Below, one piece after another: positions 9,244 to 18,527 of a stretch of 64,000 bases of DNA; within the stretch, counting starts at the first letter, position 1, and every line of letters begins with the position of its first letter. The translations under genes were made by a program, and so were the position numbers. The notes beneath the pieces are model-generated. The model did not search any database. It was not told the origin of the DNA and saw only the letters and a list, made by a program, of their open reading frames with translations. This DNA comes from an uncultured Gaiellaceae bacterium (GTDB taxonomy: Bacteria > Actinomycetota > Thermoleophilia > Gaiellales > Gaiellaceae), in the NCBI GenBank assembly GCA_963776555.1, contig CAVZNK010000011.1:9920-73919 (forward strand), given 5' to 3'.

Positions 9244-9873
9244 ATGGACGTGCTCGAGATCGCGCCCGGCCTGTGGCGCTGGACGGCATATCACGAGGAG
9301 TGGAAGGAAGACGTCGGCTGCGTCTACGTCGAGACGGAAGACGGCGTCGTGCTCGTCGACCCGCTCGTCCCACCCGAGGACACCGCGAAGTTCTGGAAGG
9401 CGCTCGACCGCGACGTGAAGCGGCACAAAGGGCCGGTCCACGTCCTCATCACCGTCTTCTGGCACGCGCGGAGCGCGGCAGCGATGCGCGAGCGGTACGA
9501 CGCGCGCATCTGGGGCCCCTCCTCCGGGAAAAGCGCAATCGCACGCCGCACGGGAGTCGTCACGGATACGTTCGCACCCGGCGACCCGCTGCCGGGCGGG
9601 CTCGAGGCCTACCGGACCGCACGGGCGGCCGAGGTCGTCTACTGGGTCCCCGAGCACTCGGCGCTCGTGCCGGGCGACGTCCTGCTCGCCGACGGCAAGG
9701 GTGGCGCGAAGATGTGCCCGGAGTCGTGGCTGCCCGCGTCGAAGTCGCACCGCGACCTCGCCGCCTCGCTCCGTCCGCTGCTCGACCTCCCGGTCCGTCG
9801 CGTCCTCGTGTCGCACGGGCGGCCGGTGCTGACCGGCGGCGGTCGCGCGCTCGCGCGCGCGCTCGAGCTCTAG
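9244..9873 (+). CDS. MBL-fold-like protein with a degenerate metal motif (WHARS in place of HxHxDH)
   Basis: PGLWRWTAYHEEW...VLVDPLVPP...ITVFWHARS. It is a paralogue of the gene at 63329..63997. The ATG at 9244 is preferred over the ORF start at 9214. Confidence 0.6.
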   Translation: MDVLEIAPGLWRWTAYHEEWKEDVGCVYVETEDGVVLVDPLVPPEDTAKFWKALDRDVKRHKGPVHVLITVFWHARSAAAMRERYDARIWGPSSGKSAIARRTGVVTDTFAPGDPLPGGLEAYRTARAAEVVYWVPEHSALVPGDVLLADGKGGAKMCPESWLPASKSHRDLAASLRPLLDLPVRRVLVSHGRPVLTGGGRALARALEL

Positions 9874-9942
9874 AGCGCGGCAACGGTCCGAACCGGCTAC
9901 GCAACGGACCTGCGCCGAGGGAACTTCTACACTCGCCGAGCT

Positions 9943-10503
9943 GTGTTGTGGCTGTGGATCGTCCTGGGCCTCGTCGTCCTGCTGCTGATCTTCGCGGCAC
10001 TCGGGTACAACCGCCTCGTCCGGCTGCGCAACGAGGCAAATACGGGCTGGTCCAACATCGACGTCCAGCTCCAGCGCCGGACCGACCTCATTCCGAACCT
10101 CGTCGAGGCGGTACGCGGGTACGCGGCGCACGAGCGGGGCGTGTTCGAAGAGGTCACGAAGGCGCGCGCCGCACTCCAGCAGGCGGCGACGCCGGCGGCG
10201 GCGGGCCAGGCGAACGACGTGCTGACCGGCGCGCTCGGGCGCCTGTTCGCGGTGGCCGAGGCCTATCCCGAGCTGCGGGCGTCCGAGAACTTCCTCCGCC
10301 TGCAGGACGAGCTCACGGACACGGAGGACAAGATCAGCGCGGCCCGCCGCTACTACAACTCGACGGTCATGCACTACAACAACGGCATCCAGAGCCTGCC
10401 GTGGGTGCTCGTGGCGCGGCCGCTCGGCTTCCGCGAGAAGGAGTTCTTCTCCGCCGAGGGCGACACCGCGCCGCCCCAGGTCTCGTTCACGCCCGCGACG
10501 TGA
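9943..10503 (+). CDS. lemA: LemA family membrane protein
   Basis: N-terminal TM helix then YNRLVRLRNEANTGWSNIDVQLQRRTDLIPNLVE...AEAYPELRASENF...ARRYYN. Confidence 0.9.
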   Translation: MLWLWIVLGLVVLLLIFAALGYNRLVRLRNEANTGWSNIDVQLQRRTDLIPNLVEAVRGYAAHERGVFEEVTKARAALQQAATPAAAGQANDVLTGALGRLFAVAEAYPELRASENFLRLQDELTDTEDKISAARRYYNSTVMHYNNGIQSLPWVLVARPLGFREKEFFSAEGDTAPPQVSFTPAT

Positions 10504-11462
10504 CGCTCCAGCAGCAGATCCGCAGGAACCGCCTGCGGAGCAGCATCGTCGTCGTCGGCTTCGTCGTGCTGCTCGGCGTCGTGGCGGGGCTCATCGGCGC
10601 GGCGCTCGACCTGAGGCTCGGCGTGGTCGCGCTCCTCGGCGCCGGCCTGTACGCGATCTTCGCGATGATCTCGTCGCGCGCCATGGTCGCGCGCATGACC
10701 CATGCGGTCGAGCTCGAGCCGGATCAGCTGAGGCCACTGCGGCGCCTCGTCGAGAACGCGTCGATCGCGGCCGGTCTGCCCGTCACTCCCGAGGTCCGGA
10801 TCGTGGACGACCCGTCGCCGAACGCGTTCGCCGCGGGGCTCCGACCGCAGACGAGCTACCTCGGAGTCACGACAGGGCTTCTGCGCGTCATGCCGAAGCG
10901 TGAGCTCGAGGCCGTGCTCGGCCACGAGATATCGCACGTGAGGAACCGCGACACCTACCTCATGACGATGGCGACGATCTTCGCGGGCGTGATCGCGCTG
11001 ATCGCGGACATCGGGTTCCGCATGCTCCTCTACGGCGGCGGCCGCTCGCGGCGCGGAGGCGGCGCGCTCATCGCCGTCCTGGCGGTCGTGGGCCTGCTGC
11101 TCGCCCCGTATGCCGCGCTCCTGCTGCGGATGAGCCTCTCGCGGCGTCGTGAGTTTCTCGCCGACGCGGGCTCCGCCGAGCTCCTCAACGACCCCGAGGC
11201 GATGGCGCTCGCGCTCCGCCGGCTTCAGCTGGACACGACGACGGTCGCGTACGCGGACGCGTCCGTCGCACACCTGTGGGTGGAGAGCACGACGAGCCGG
11301 GTCGAGTCCGAGCGTCGCGGCGTTCTGGCGCTCACGAGCCTGTTCGACACGCATCCTCCACTCGACGCGCGCATCGCGGCGCTCGAGGAATCGGGAGGGT
11401 TCCGACTTTCCGAGCAGCTGCCACAGGACGAGCCGTTCGCGGTCGAGCTGGGCCTGGCATGA
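10500..11462 (+). CDS. M48 family (HtpX-like) zinc metalloprotease
   Basis: The GTG overlaps the lemA stop (GTGA). TM helices are present, with the HEISH zinc motif (GHEISHVRNRD) and a downstream REFLAD block. Only the last 320 codons of the long 9273..11462 ORF look real. Confidence 0.85.
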   Translation: MTLQQQIRRNRLRSSIVVVGFVVLLGVVAGLIGAALDLRLGVVALLGAGLYAIFAMISSRAMVARMTHAVELEPDQLRPLRRLVENASIAAGLPVTPEVRIVDDPSPNAFAAGLRPQTSYLGVTTGLLRVMPKRELEAVLGHEISHVRNRDTYLMTMATIFAGVIALIADIGFRMLLYGGGRSRRGGGALIAVLAVVGLLLAPYAALLLRMSLSRRREFLADAGSAELLNDPEAMALALRRLQLDTTTVAYADASVAHLWVESTTSRVESERRGVLALTSLFDTHPPLDARIAALEESGGFRLSEQLPQDEPFAVELGLA

Positions 11463-11519
11463 CGTATCGAGGGACGCCGCGTTCAGAATTCCGCGAAACG
11501 GGTCGATAATGGAGAAGCC

Positions 11520-14000
11520 GTGAAAGCCTTGCGTATCGGCCGGCGCCGTGGGCGCGACAGCGACGTTGCCCTGTCGCCGCTCGAGCTCGCCCTCAGACCG
11601 GCCCTCGTCGAGGGTCGCTGGCAGCTGCCCGACCACTTCAACTTCACGCGGGACGTGGTCGAAGTGCTCGGCCGCGATCCCAAGCGACGCGCGCTGACGT
11701 CGCTCAGCCGCGAGGGTGTGATCGAGCACCGCAACTTCCTCGATATCTGCGGCGGCGCCGCCGTGTGGGCGACGACGCTGCGTGAAGCGAGCGTGAACCC
11801 GGGCGACCGGGTCATCGTCGTCTCGGGGACCACGGTCGACTGGCTCGAGATCGTTCTCGGCACGCTGAAGGCGGGAGCGGTCGTCGTGCCGTGCATGCCC
11901 GACGTCTCGTCCTCGCTGCTCGAGCGCCTGGTGTCGTCGACCGATGCCTCGCTCGTCGTCGCCGAGCGCGCGCTCGAGCCGACCGTCGAGCGCATGGGCT
12001 TCGCACCCGATGTCCACTACTTCGAGGCAGCCGCGCCGCGAAGCTCGAAGGAGATCCCGGTTGCAGCCACCCACGACACCGCCTCCCGCGACCTCGCATT
12101 CGTCGTCTCCACCGCAGGCGTAGCCGGGGCACGCAAGGACGTCGCCCACACGCACGGGTCGATCTTCGCCACACGGGTCCAGGCCGAGCACTGGCTCGAC
12201 GTGGGGCGCGGCGACGCCGTGTGGTGCACGGCCGACGCCACCTCGCCGCTGACGATGTGGAACACCGTGGCGGGGCCGTGGTCGCGCGGTGCCGAGGTCG
12301 TGCTCCACGAAGGCGGCTTCGACATGGACGAGCGGCTCGATCTGCTCTTCCGGCTCGGCCCGAGCATCCTCTGCCAGTCGCCCGCCGAGTACCGCGCGCT
12401 GGCCGAGCACCCCAAGCTCGAGCGCTTCCGGTCTCCGCGCCTGCGACGGCTCGTCTCCACCGGCGACTTCCTCGACCCGGAGGTCGTCGCCGTGTTCGAG
12501 GAGCGCTGGGGCATGACCATCGCAGACGGGTACGGACAGGCCGAGACCAACATCGTCGTCGCCAATCTCGCAGACGGCCCCGCCCACACCGGGTCGGTGG
12601 GCCGCGCGCTTCCGGGACATCACGTCGCGATCATCGACGACCAGGGCAACGAGCTTCCGGCCGGCATCGAGGGCGACCTCGCCGTTCGCGGCCGCCCGCC
12701 GACGCTCTTCGCCGGCTACTGGGAACTCCCGGAAGAGACGAAGAACGCGTTCCTCGGCGACTGGTACCTCACCGGCGACGTCGCGCATGTCGACGAGGAC
12801 GGCGTCTTCACGTTCGTCGGTCGCGCAGAGGACGTCATCACGAGCAGCGGCCGGACGTTCGGGCCGTTCGACGTCGAGCGCGTACTCGCGGGCCATGCGG
12901 CCATCGCCGCCGCGGCCGTGGTCGGCATCCGCGACCTCCAGCGGGGAGGCCAGTTCGTCCGCGCCTACGTCGTGCCGAGGCCTGGCGCTACGGGCTCCGA
13001 GCAGGCCGAGGCCGAGCTGCGCGAATACGCTGCCCAGACGTTGCCGAATCAGCAGGTCCCGCGCGAGATCGTCTTCGTCGACGAGCTCCCGACGACGGGC
13101 TGGAAGGTCAGCCGCCACGAGCTGCGCGAGCGGCCGCTCGGGGGCCGCCCGCTCTGGGACCTGCCGCCGACCTCCGAGCCGGAGATGGAGGTGGCGCAGC
13201 CGCTGCCGCCGCCGATCGACTCGGAGTTCGCGCCTCGGGTGGACCGCGGTCTCGAGACGCCTCCTCCAGTCACGCCTGTGCCGGAGCCGTCGCCAGAGCC
13301 AGTCGCTTTCGTCGAGCCCGAAGTCGTCGCCCCACCGCCCGCCTTCGTCGAGCCCGAGCCGGCTCCCGTGCTGCCCGAGCCCGCGCTCCGGCCGCCGGAG
13401 CCCGTGGCCGAGGCCGCGCCGCTACCCGCACCCGACCCGGCGCCCGTCGTCGAGCCTGTCGAGTTCGAGCCTGTCGCGGAAGCGGCACCTGTCGTCGAGC
13501 CAGAGCCGCAGCCCGTCCTCGAGCCTGAGCCGTTCGTCGAGCTCATCGAGTACGAGCCTGTCGCGGAAGCGGCACCAGTCGTCGAGCCCGAGCCGTTCGT
13601 CGAGCTCATCGAGTACGAGCCTGTCGCGGAAGCGGCACCAGTCGTCGAGCCCGAGCCTATCGTCGAAGTCGAGCCCGACCTCGGGCCGGCCGAGCTCGTC
13701 GAGCCGGTTCGCGTGCCGGAGCCGGTGGCTGAGGCGGTTCCGGTGGTCGAGCCCGAGCCCCAGCCGGTCGAAGCGGATCCGGAGCCGGAGCCAGTGGTCG
13801 CAGCGGCTCTGTACGAGTGGGAGCCCGAGCCCGAACCGGCACCGGCCGAAGACCCCGAAGCCGTACCAGAGCTGGAACCGGAGCCCGGAGCCTCCTGCGT
13901 TCCTCGTCCTTCCCGAGCTCGAGCCCGAGCCGGCGCCGGAGCACACGCCCGAGTTCGGCGCGACCGCCGAAGGCGGCGATGCCACTGCCGGAGTTCGTGA
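11520..14000 (+). CDS. AMP-forming acyl-CoA synthetase/ligase-like enzyme fused to a long Pro/Glu/Val-rich low-complexity tail
   Basis: ANL-superfamily blocks [37 protein letters not shown] and [12 protein letters not shown]. The phosphate-loop region is atypical ([17 protein letters not shown]). From about 13150 the frame reads PEP/VEP repeats. The in-frame stop at 14000 follows an apparent frameshift near 13885-13892. Confidence 0.8.
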   Translation: MKALRIGRRRGRDSDVALSPLELALRPALVEGRWQLPDHFNFTRDVVEVLGRDPKRRALTSLSREGVIEHRNFLDICGGAAVWATTLREASVNPGDRVIVVSGTTVDWLEIVLGTLKAGAVVVPCMPDVSSSLLERLVSSTDASLVVAERALEPTVERMGFAPDVHYFEAAAPRSSKEIPVAATHDTASRDLAFVVSTAGVAGARKDVAHTHGSIFATRVQAEHWLDVGRGDAVWCTADATSPLTMWNTVAGPWSRGAEVVLHEGGFDMDERLDLLFRLGPSILCQSPAEYRALAEHPKLERFRSPRLRRLVSTGDFLDPEVVAVFEERWGMTIADGYGQAETNIVVANLADGPAHTGSVGRALPGHHVAIIDDQGNELPAGIEGDLAVRGRPPTLFAGYWELPEETKNAFLGDWYLTGDVAHVDEDGVFTFVGRAEDVITSSGRTFGPFDVERVLAGHAAIAAAAVVGIRDLQRGGQFVRAYVVPRPGATGSEQAEAELREYAAQTLPNQQVPREIVFVDELPTTGWKVSRHELRERPLGGRPLWDLPPTSEPEMEVAQPLPPPIDSEFAPRVDRGLETPPPVTPVPEPSPEPVAFVEPEVVAPPPAFVEPEPAPVLPEPALRPPEPVAEAAPLPAPDPAPVVEPVEFEPVAEAAPVVEPEPQPVLEPEPFVELIEYEPVAEAAPVVEPEPFVELIEYEPVAEAAPVVEPEPIVEVEPDLGPAELVEPVRVPEPVAEAVPVVEPEPQPVEADPEPEPVVAAALYEWEPEPEPAPAEDPEAVPELEPEPGASCVPRPSRARARAGAGAHARVRRDRRRRRCHCRSS
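13527..13652 (+). repeat. Two exact tandem copies of a 63-bp (21-codon) unit inside the low-complexity tail
   Basis: gagccgttcgtcgagctcatcgagtacgagcctgtcgcggaagcggcaccagtcgtcgagccc occurs at 13527-13589 and 13590-13652. It encodes [21 protein letters not shown]. Degenerate partial copies sit on both sides ([14 protein letters not shown] occurs 3 times). Confidence 0.9.
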
Positions 14001-14602
14001 TCGACGAGCCGGACGGGACACCGCCCGTCGTGCTCCCCGACCCCGAGCCCGAGCAGGAGCTCGGCCCCCTCCCCGACTTCGTCCTCGAGCCGGGAGCGGC
14101 CGCAGACGCGCCGCCGCTGCCCGCCCAGTCCGCCCTCGAGGACGAGGAAGAGGAAGACCTGGGACCGCTTCCGGACTTCGTCATCGACCCGGACCTGCCG
14201 CCAGAGCTACGACCCGCGCCGCCGCCGAAGGCTCTCCCCGTCGAGCCGCCGCCGGCCGCAGCACTGCAGGTCCCCACGAGCGAGAAGCCCGAGCCCACGA
14301 CGTCGAATGCCTCCTCGGCCGGTCTCTACTTCCCGCCGACCACTGCCTTCCCGATCCGGCGGGACGACGACGAAGCCCCGGCGTCGCGCGAGAAGCGTGC
14401 GCCCCGCGCCCGGCCCCCGGCCGAGCCCGGCACTTCGAAGCGCTCGACCGAGTCGGCCGAGCCTGGTGACGAGGGGAACGAGGTCGGCTGGATGGCCGGG
14501 CTGTCCAACCGGCTGAGCGCGTACAGCCTGTCGGACGAGGAGATCGAGCCCGACGGCGCTGAGACCAACGGCGACACGCCGGACGAGACCACCGAGGGCT
14601 GA
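13979..14602 (+). CDS. Acidic Pro-rich protein; most likely the frameshifted continuation of the 11520 gene, alternatively an independent 207-aa ORF
   Basis: [35 protein letters not shown] continues the motif series begun upstream ([14 protein letters not shown] lies in the third frame at 13890-13980). It ends with [21 protein letters not shown] and an acidic tail. Confidence 0.55.
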   Translation: MPLPEFVIDEPDGTPPVVLPDPEPEQELGPLPDFVLEPGAAADAPPLPAQSALEDEEEEDLGPLPDFVIDPDLPPELRPAPPPKALPVEPPPAAALQVPTSEKPEPTTSNASSAGLYFPPTTAFPIRRDDDEAPASREKRAPRARPPAEPGTSKRSTESAEPGDEGNEVGWMAGLSNRLSAYSLSDEEIEPDGAETNGDTPDETTEG

Positions 14603-14628
14603 GCCCGCGCCGCGATAGCCTGCTCCGC

Positions 14629-14841
14629 GTGACGGATCAGGCCGCCGTGAGCCTTCTCCGCTGGCTCCGTCGTCAGCTGCGCCAGCCGACTCCTCAGCGC
14701 GAGCACCTCGAGGCTGCTGTCCAGAACGACGACCCGGCGGAGGTGCGTCGGCTCGTCGCGCTCGCTCCGTTCACGGACGCGCAGCGCCGGCACGTCGAGG
14801 GCCTCATCGCACGCTGGGAGGCCGGCCGTGCCGGCCGCTGA
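14629..14841 (+). CDS. Hypothetical small protein
   Basis: 70-codon ORF with a GTG start whose end overlaps the next gene. No recognisable motif. Confidence 0.3.
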   Translation: MTDQAAVSLLRWLRRQLRQPTPQREHLEAAVQNDDPAEVRRLVALAPFTDAQRRHVEGLIARWEAGRAGR

Positions 14842-15238
14842 GAACAAGACGATCGTCCAGCGGATCTTCGGCGCATTCGCACGCCAGGAAGGGCTGGCGC
14901 TGCGCGGCCTCTTTGCCGACGACGCGGTCTGGTCGGTGCCCGGGCACGGCGTCATGGCGGGCACGTACGAGGGCCGCGAGGCGATCTTCCGCTTCCTCGC
15001 GAAGCTCCCCAAGGAGACGCAGGGCACGTACGGATCGGAGCTGATCGACGTGCTCGCGAGCGAGACCCGCGCAGCCGCGCTGTACCGCGCACGCGGCACG
15101 CGGCACGGCCGGACCCTCGAGCTCGACCAGGTCCTGCTGTTCCGCATCGAGGACGGGCTCGTACGGCATGTGCTCGCGCTCCCGAGCGACCCCGACGAGT
15201 TCGAGGCCTTCTGGGCCCAGGGTGTCGAGGATGAGTGA
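14828..15238 (+). CDS. SnoaL-like / NTF2-fold protein
   Basis: NKTIVQRIFGAFARQEG...DDAVWSVPG...LLFRIEDGLVRHV is typical of the SnoaL_2 family. Confidence 0.7.
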   Translation: MPAAENKTIVQRIFGAFARQEGLALRGLFADDAVWSVPGHGVMAGTYEGREAIFRFLAKLPKETQGTYGSELIDVLASETRAAALYRARGTRHGRTLELDQVLLFRIEDGLVRHVLALPSDPDEFEAFWAQGVEDE

Positions 15239-16094
15239 AGCGCGCTTCGCCGACGGCCTGCGCTATCGCATCGAGATCCCCTCGGTGGAGGGGCCGCGCG
15301 TGCTCGAGGCCGTGCTCGAGGAGGCGGAGCGGCGCGACGTGCCCGTGCGGCGCGTCTCGCAGGGAAGCGGTGTGATGATGCTCACGGACGCCGAGATCCG
15401 TGAGCTGGCCGAGCTCGGCGCAGCCTCCGGGGTGGAGGTCTCGCTCTTCCTCGGCCCCCGCGGGGCATGGGACACAGGAGGTCAGTCGCTCGTCACGGCA
15501 GCCGCAGGCGGCATCGCCAGGGGTCGAGATGGCGTCGCCGACTCGATCGCGGAGGTACGCCGCGGTGTGGCGCTCGGCATCCGCTCCTTCCTCGTCGCCG
15601 ACCTGGGCGTGCTGAAGACGCTCGGAGACATGCGTCGTACGGGCGACCTCCCCGCGACGCTCGTGCTGAAGACGTCCGTGCTCCTCCCCTGCGCCAATCC
15701 CGCCACGGCGGCCGCGCTGGAAGAGCTCGGAGCGACGACCATCAACGTCGCGACCGACCTCTCGCCTGCCGCGCTCGGCGAGCTGCGCGCCGCGTGCGCC
15801 GCTCCGCTCGACGTCTACGTCGAGGTGCCCGACGACCAGGGCGGCTTCGTACGCTTCTACGACGTGCCGGAGATCGTCCGGGCGGCGGCGCCCGTCTACG
15901 TGAAGCTCGGGCTCCGAAACGCGCCGAACATCTATCCCTCGGGGCTCCACCTCGAAGACCTCGCTGTGAAGCTCGGCCGCGAGCGCGTTCGCCGCGCCGA
16001 ACTCGTCCTGCGACTGCTGGCAGAGCGCGCGCCGGAGCTCGTCGAGGGCCGGGGCGACGACCGCCCGCCGGACCTCGGGATACCAGAGCTCTGA
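15231..16094 (+). CDS. Conserved hypothetical protein (alternating beta-alpha pattern; function not recognised)
   Basis: The ATG overlaps the upstream stop (ATGAGTGA). 287 aa with protein-like composition and no motif I can name. Confidence 0.55.
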   Translation: MSEARFADGLRYRIEIPSVEGPRVLEAVLEEAERRDVPVRRVSQGSGVMMLTDAEIRELAELGAASGVEVSLFLGPRGAWDTGGQSLVTAAAGGIARGRDGVADSIAEVRRGVALGIRSFLVADLGVLKTLGDMRRTGDLPATLVLKTSVLLPCANPATAAALEELGATTINVATDLSPAALGELRAACAAPLDVYVEVPDDQGGFVRFYDVPEIVRAAAPVYVKLGLRNAPNIYPSGLHLEDLAVKLGRERVRRAELVLRLLAERAPELVEGRGDDRPPDLGIPEL

Positions 16095-16102
16095 GTGCTT
16101 GC

Positions 16103-16993
16103 CTAGCCTGGCGGTGGTTGTGGATTCCAGACCGGAGATGAGTCGTTGTTCGCAGGATCCGTCAATCTCGACGACTTCGCTTCGAGGTCGACCGTCCAGA
16201 TCGCGCCATCCTGCGTGAACGCGATGGTCGTGCCGTCCGGCGACCAGGCAGGCTCGAAGGTGTCGGGGCCACTCCGCGTCAAGCGACGAACGGGCTTCTC
16301 GTCGACGTCGACGACGTACAGGTCGTAGAGCGAGCCGGCGATGTCCGACGCGAAGGCGAGCTTCGACCCGTCGGGCGACCACGCCGGATTGATGCTCGAG
16401 CCGTGCAGCGTCGTCACACGCCGCGAGCCGGAGCCGTCCGGTCGCATGATCCAGATCTCGCGCTCGACCGACCCGGGCTGCTTTCGGACGAAGGCGATCC
16501 ATTTTCCATCGGGCGACCACGCAGGATCACCGTCGTTGGCAGCTCCTTTGGAGACGATGTGCACGTCGTTCCCGTCGGCGCCCATGACGTAGATCTTCCG
16601 GGTGCGCTCGAAGGCCAGCCGCTTGCCATCGGGGGACCAGGTCGGGTGGATGTCGTCGGCACCCGCCGTGAGCTGCTTCGTCCCGGTGCCGTCGGCACGC
16701 ATGACATAGATCGCCGAACGTCCCGAACGCTTGCTCGAGAACGCGATGTCAGCGCCGTTCGGAGACCACGCCGGATCCGTCTGGAAGAAGATCCCTGCGG
16801 GCGAACTCGTATCCACATCCGCCTTCGTCAGGCGTTTCTGACGACCGCCGTCGGCGTTCATCGCATACACCGCGTAGTCGCCGTCGCGAGTACTCACGAA
16901 GATGAGATCGGGCCGAGGATTCCCGCCGCCTCCACAAGCCGATAGAAGGACGGGCAGGCAGAGGCAGGCTGTGATGAGGCGGAGCCGGTGCAT
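16103..16993 (-). CDS. TolB-like PD40/WD40 beta-propeller lipoprotein
   Basis: Lipobox LLSACGGG and repeated PAWSPDG.....F blocks (at least 5 blades). Confidence 0.85.
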   Translation of the reverse strand: MHRLRLITACLCLPVLLSACGGGGNPRPDLIFVSTRDGDYAVYAMNADGGRQKRLTKADVDTSSPAGIFFQTDPAWSPNGADIAFSSKRSGRSAIYVMRADGTGTKQLTAGADDIHPTWSPDGKRLAFERTRKIYVMGADGNDVHIVSKGAANDGDPAWSPDGKWIAFVRKQPGSVEREIWIMRPDGSGSRRVTTLHGSSINPAWSPDGSKLAFASDIAGSLYDLYVVDVDEKPVRRLTRSGPDTFEPAWSPDGTTIAFTQDGAIWTVDLEAKSSRLTDPANNDSSPVWNPQPPPG

Positions 16994-17011
16994 CGAGTGC
17001 GGCTGGAGAGC

Positions 17012-17746
17012 CTAGCTCGCGAGCGGTTCGACCCCGAGATAGCGTTGCTGCAGCTCGGAGTCCTCGGACAGCGTGCTTGCAGTTGTCTCGTGGGCGAGCT
17101 CGCCCCCGACCATGATGAGCTGGCGCTCGGCAACCGCGGTGGCGACACCGAGGTTCTGCTCGATCAGGAGGATGGCGATGCCCTCCTCCTCCAGCATCCG
17201 AAGCGTCTCGATCATCATCTCGACGACCGTAGGCGCAAGCCCTTCGGAGGGCTCGTCCATGATGAGGAGCTTGGGGTTGCCCAGAAGCGCTCTTCCGATG
17301 GCGAGCATCTGCTGCTCGCCTCCCGAGAGCTGCGCGCCACCATTTCGCTTGCGCTCGGCAAGCCTCGGGAAGAGTTCGTACACACGCTCGGGGCTCCAAC
17401 CGCCGGCGCGCCGGACATCCGGAATCTTGAGGTGCTCGTCGACGGTGAGCGAGGGGAAAAGCCGTCTGCCTTGTGGCACGTAGCCGATGCCCGCGCGCGC
17501 GATCTTGTAGGGCGCTCGCCCGAGGAGCTCCTCGCCGTCGAGCGCCACCGAGCCGGTCGCGCGTGGCGGCGTCAGCCCCATGATCGCGGCACACAGAGTC
17601 GTCTTTCCCATTCCGTTACGCCCGATGATCGCGACCGACTTGCGGTCCATCTCGAACGACACACCGTGCAGGACATGCGCCCCCGAGTAGTACGCGTCGA
17701 GCCCGTCGACGCGAAGCAGCGGCTGCGTCGCTTCGGTCTCACTCAT
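17012..17746 (-). CDS. livF: Branched-chain-amino-acid-type ABC transporter ATP-binding protein (LivF-like)
   Basis: GRNGMGKTT, LSGGEQQML, LLIMDEPSEGLAP. Confidence 0.85.
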   Translation of the reverse strand: MSETEATQPLLRVDGLDAYYSGAHVLHGVSFEMDRKSVAIIGRNGMGKTTLCAAIMGLTPPRATGSVALDGEELLGRAPYKIARAGIGYVPQGRRLFPSLTVDEHLKIPDVRRAGGWSPERVYELFPRLAERKRNGGAQLSGGEQQMLAIGRALLGNPKLLIMDEPSEGLAPTVVEMMIETLRMLEEEGIAILLIEQNLGVATAVAERQLIMVGGELAHETTASTLSEDSELQQRYLGVEPLAS

Positions 17747-18527
17747 CGGCGGCGTGATGACGTCCCAAGTAGAGGTCGTGAACGAGCTCGTTCGACCGGA
17801 TCGCTGCCGGCGTGCCCTCTACGATCACTTCGCCTTCGTGCATCATCGTGACCTGCTCGGCGACGCGGAGCGCGATGTCCATGTCGTGCTCGATAAGGAT
17901 CAGCGTGATGTCTCGGTCGAGCTCGAGCAGGAGATCCGTCAGGAGCTGACGCTCACCGCGCGAGAGCCCCGACGCCGGCTCGTCCAGCATGAGCATCCTC
18001 GGCTCCGACGCAAGCGCCATCGCTAGCCCGACCTGACGGTGCTCGCCATGGGAGAGCGAGCCAACCGTCTCGCCGAGCTTGTTGGCGATCGCAACGCGTC
18101 GTGCCGCCTCCCTCGCCCGCTCCCTCAGCGCCCGATCCCTACTCGGCAGCACGACGGGTCGCAGATGGCCCCCGACCACTCCGACGATCGACAGATAGAT
18201 GCTGTCCTCGACGGTCATCCCGTTCAGCATGCGCGCCTGCTGATACGTGCGCGCCAGCCCGAGTTGCGCTCGCCGTCGGGCCGGCTGATGCGTGACGTCC
18301 TGTCCGAACAACTCGACCGTTCCGGCACTCGGAGGCAGGTCTCCCGAGATGACGTTGAAGAGCGTGGTCTTCCCCGCACCGTTGAGACCGAGGATCGCCC
18401 GGCGCTCGCCCGCTGCGACTTCGAGGTCGACCTTTCGAACTGCGTCGAGCCCGCCGAAACGCCGGCCGACCCCCCTGAGGCGGAGGGCCGGCGCGGCGCG
18501 TTCGACGTTACTGGCGACTTCCGCCAC
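17739..18527 (-). CDS. livG: Branched-chain-amino-acid-type ABC transporter ATP-binding protein (LivG-like)
   Basis: FGGLDAVRKVDLEV, GLNGAGKTTLFNVISG, LSHGEHRQ, LMLDEPASGL. Confidence 0.85.
   Translation of the reverse strand: MAEVASNVERAAPALRLRGVGRRFGGLDAVRKVDLEVAAGERRAILGLNGAGKTTLFNVISGDLPPSAGTVELFGQDVTHQPARRRAQLGLARTYQQARMLNGMTVEDSIYLSIVGVVGGHLRPVVLPSRDRALRERAREAARRVAIANKLGETVGSLSHGEHRQVGLAMALASEPRMLMLDEPASGLSRGERQLLTDLLLELDRDITLILIEHDMDIALRVAEQVTMMHEGEVIVEGTPAAIRSNELVHDLYLGRHHAADE

Noticed and set aside
9273-11462. 729-aa ORF spanning the MBL-like gene, lemA and the protease
   Set aside because: Only the last 320 codons (from the GTG at 10500) look like a protein (M48 protease). The upstream part overlaps two well-supported genes in other frames.
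13270-14300. Repeat-rich DNA considered as a possible CRISPR array or mobile-element repeat
   Set aside because: The repeats are in-frame codon repeats (PEP/VEP units) within a coding tail. There is no spacer-repeat periodicity and there are no cas genes.
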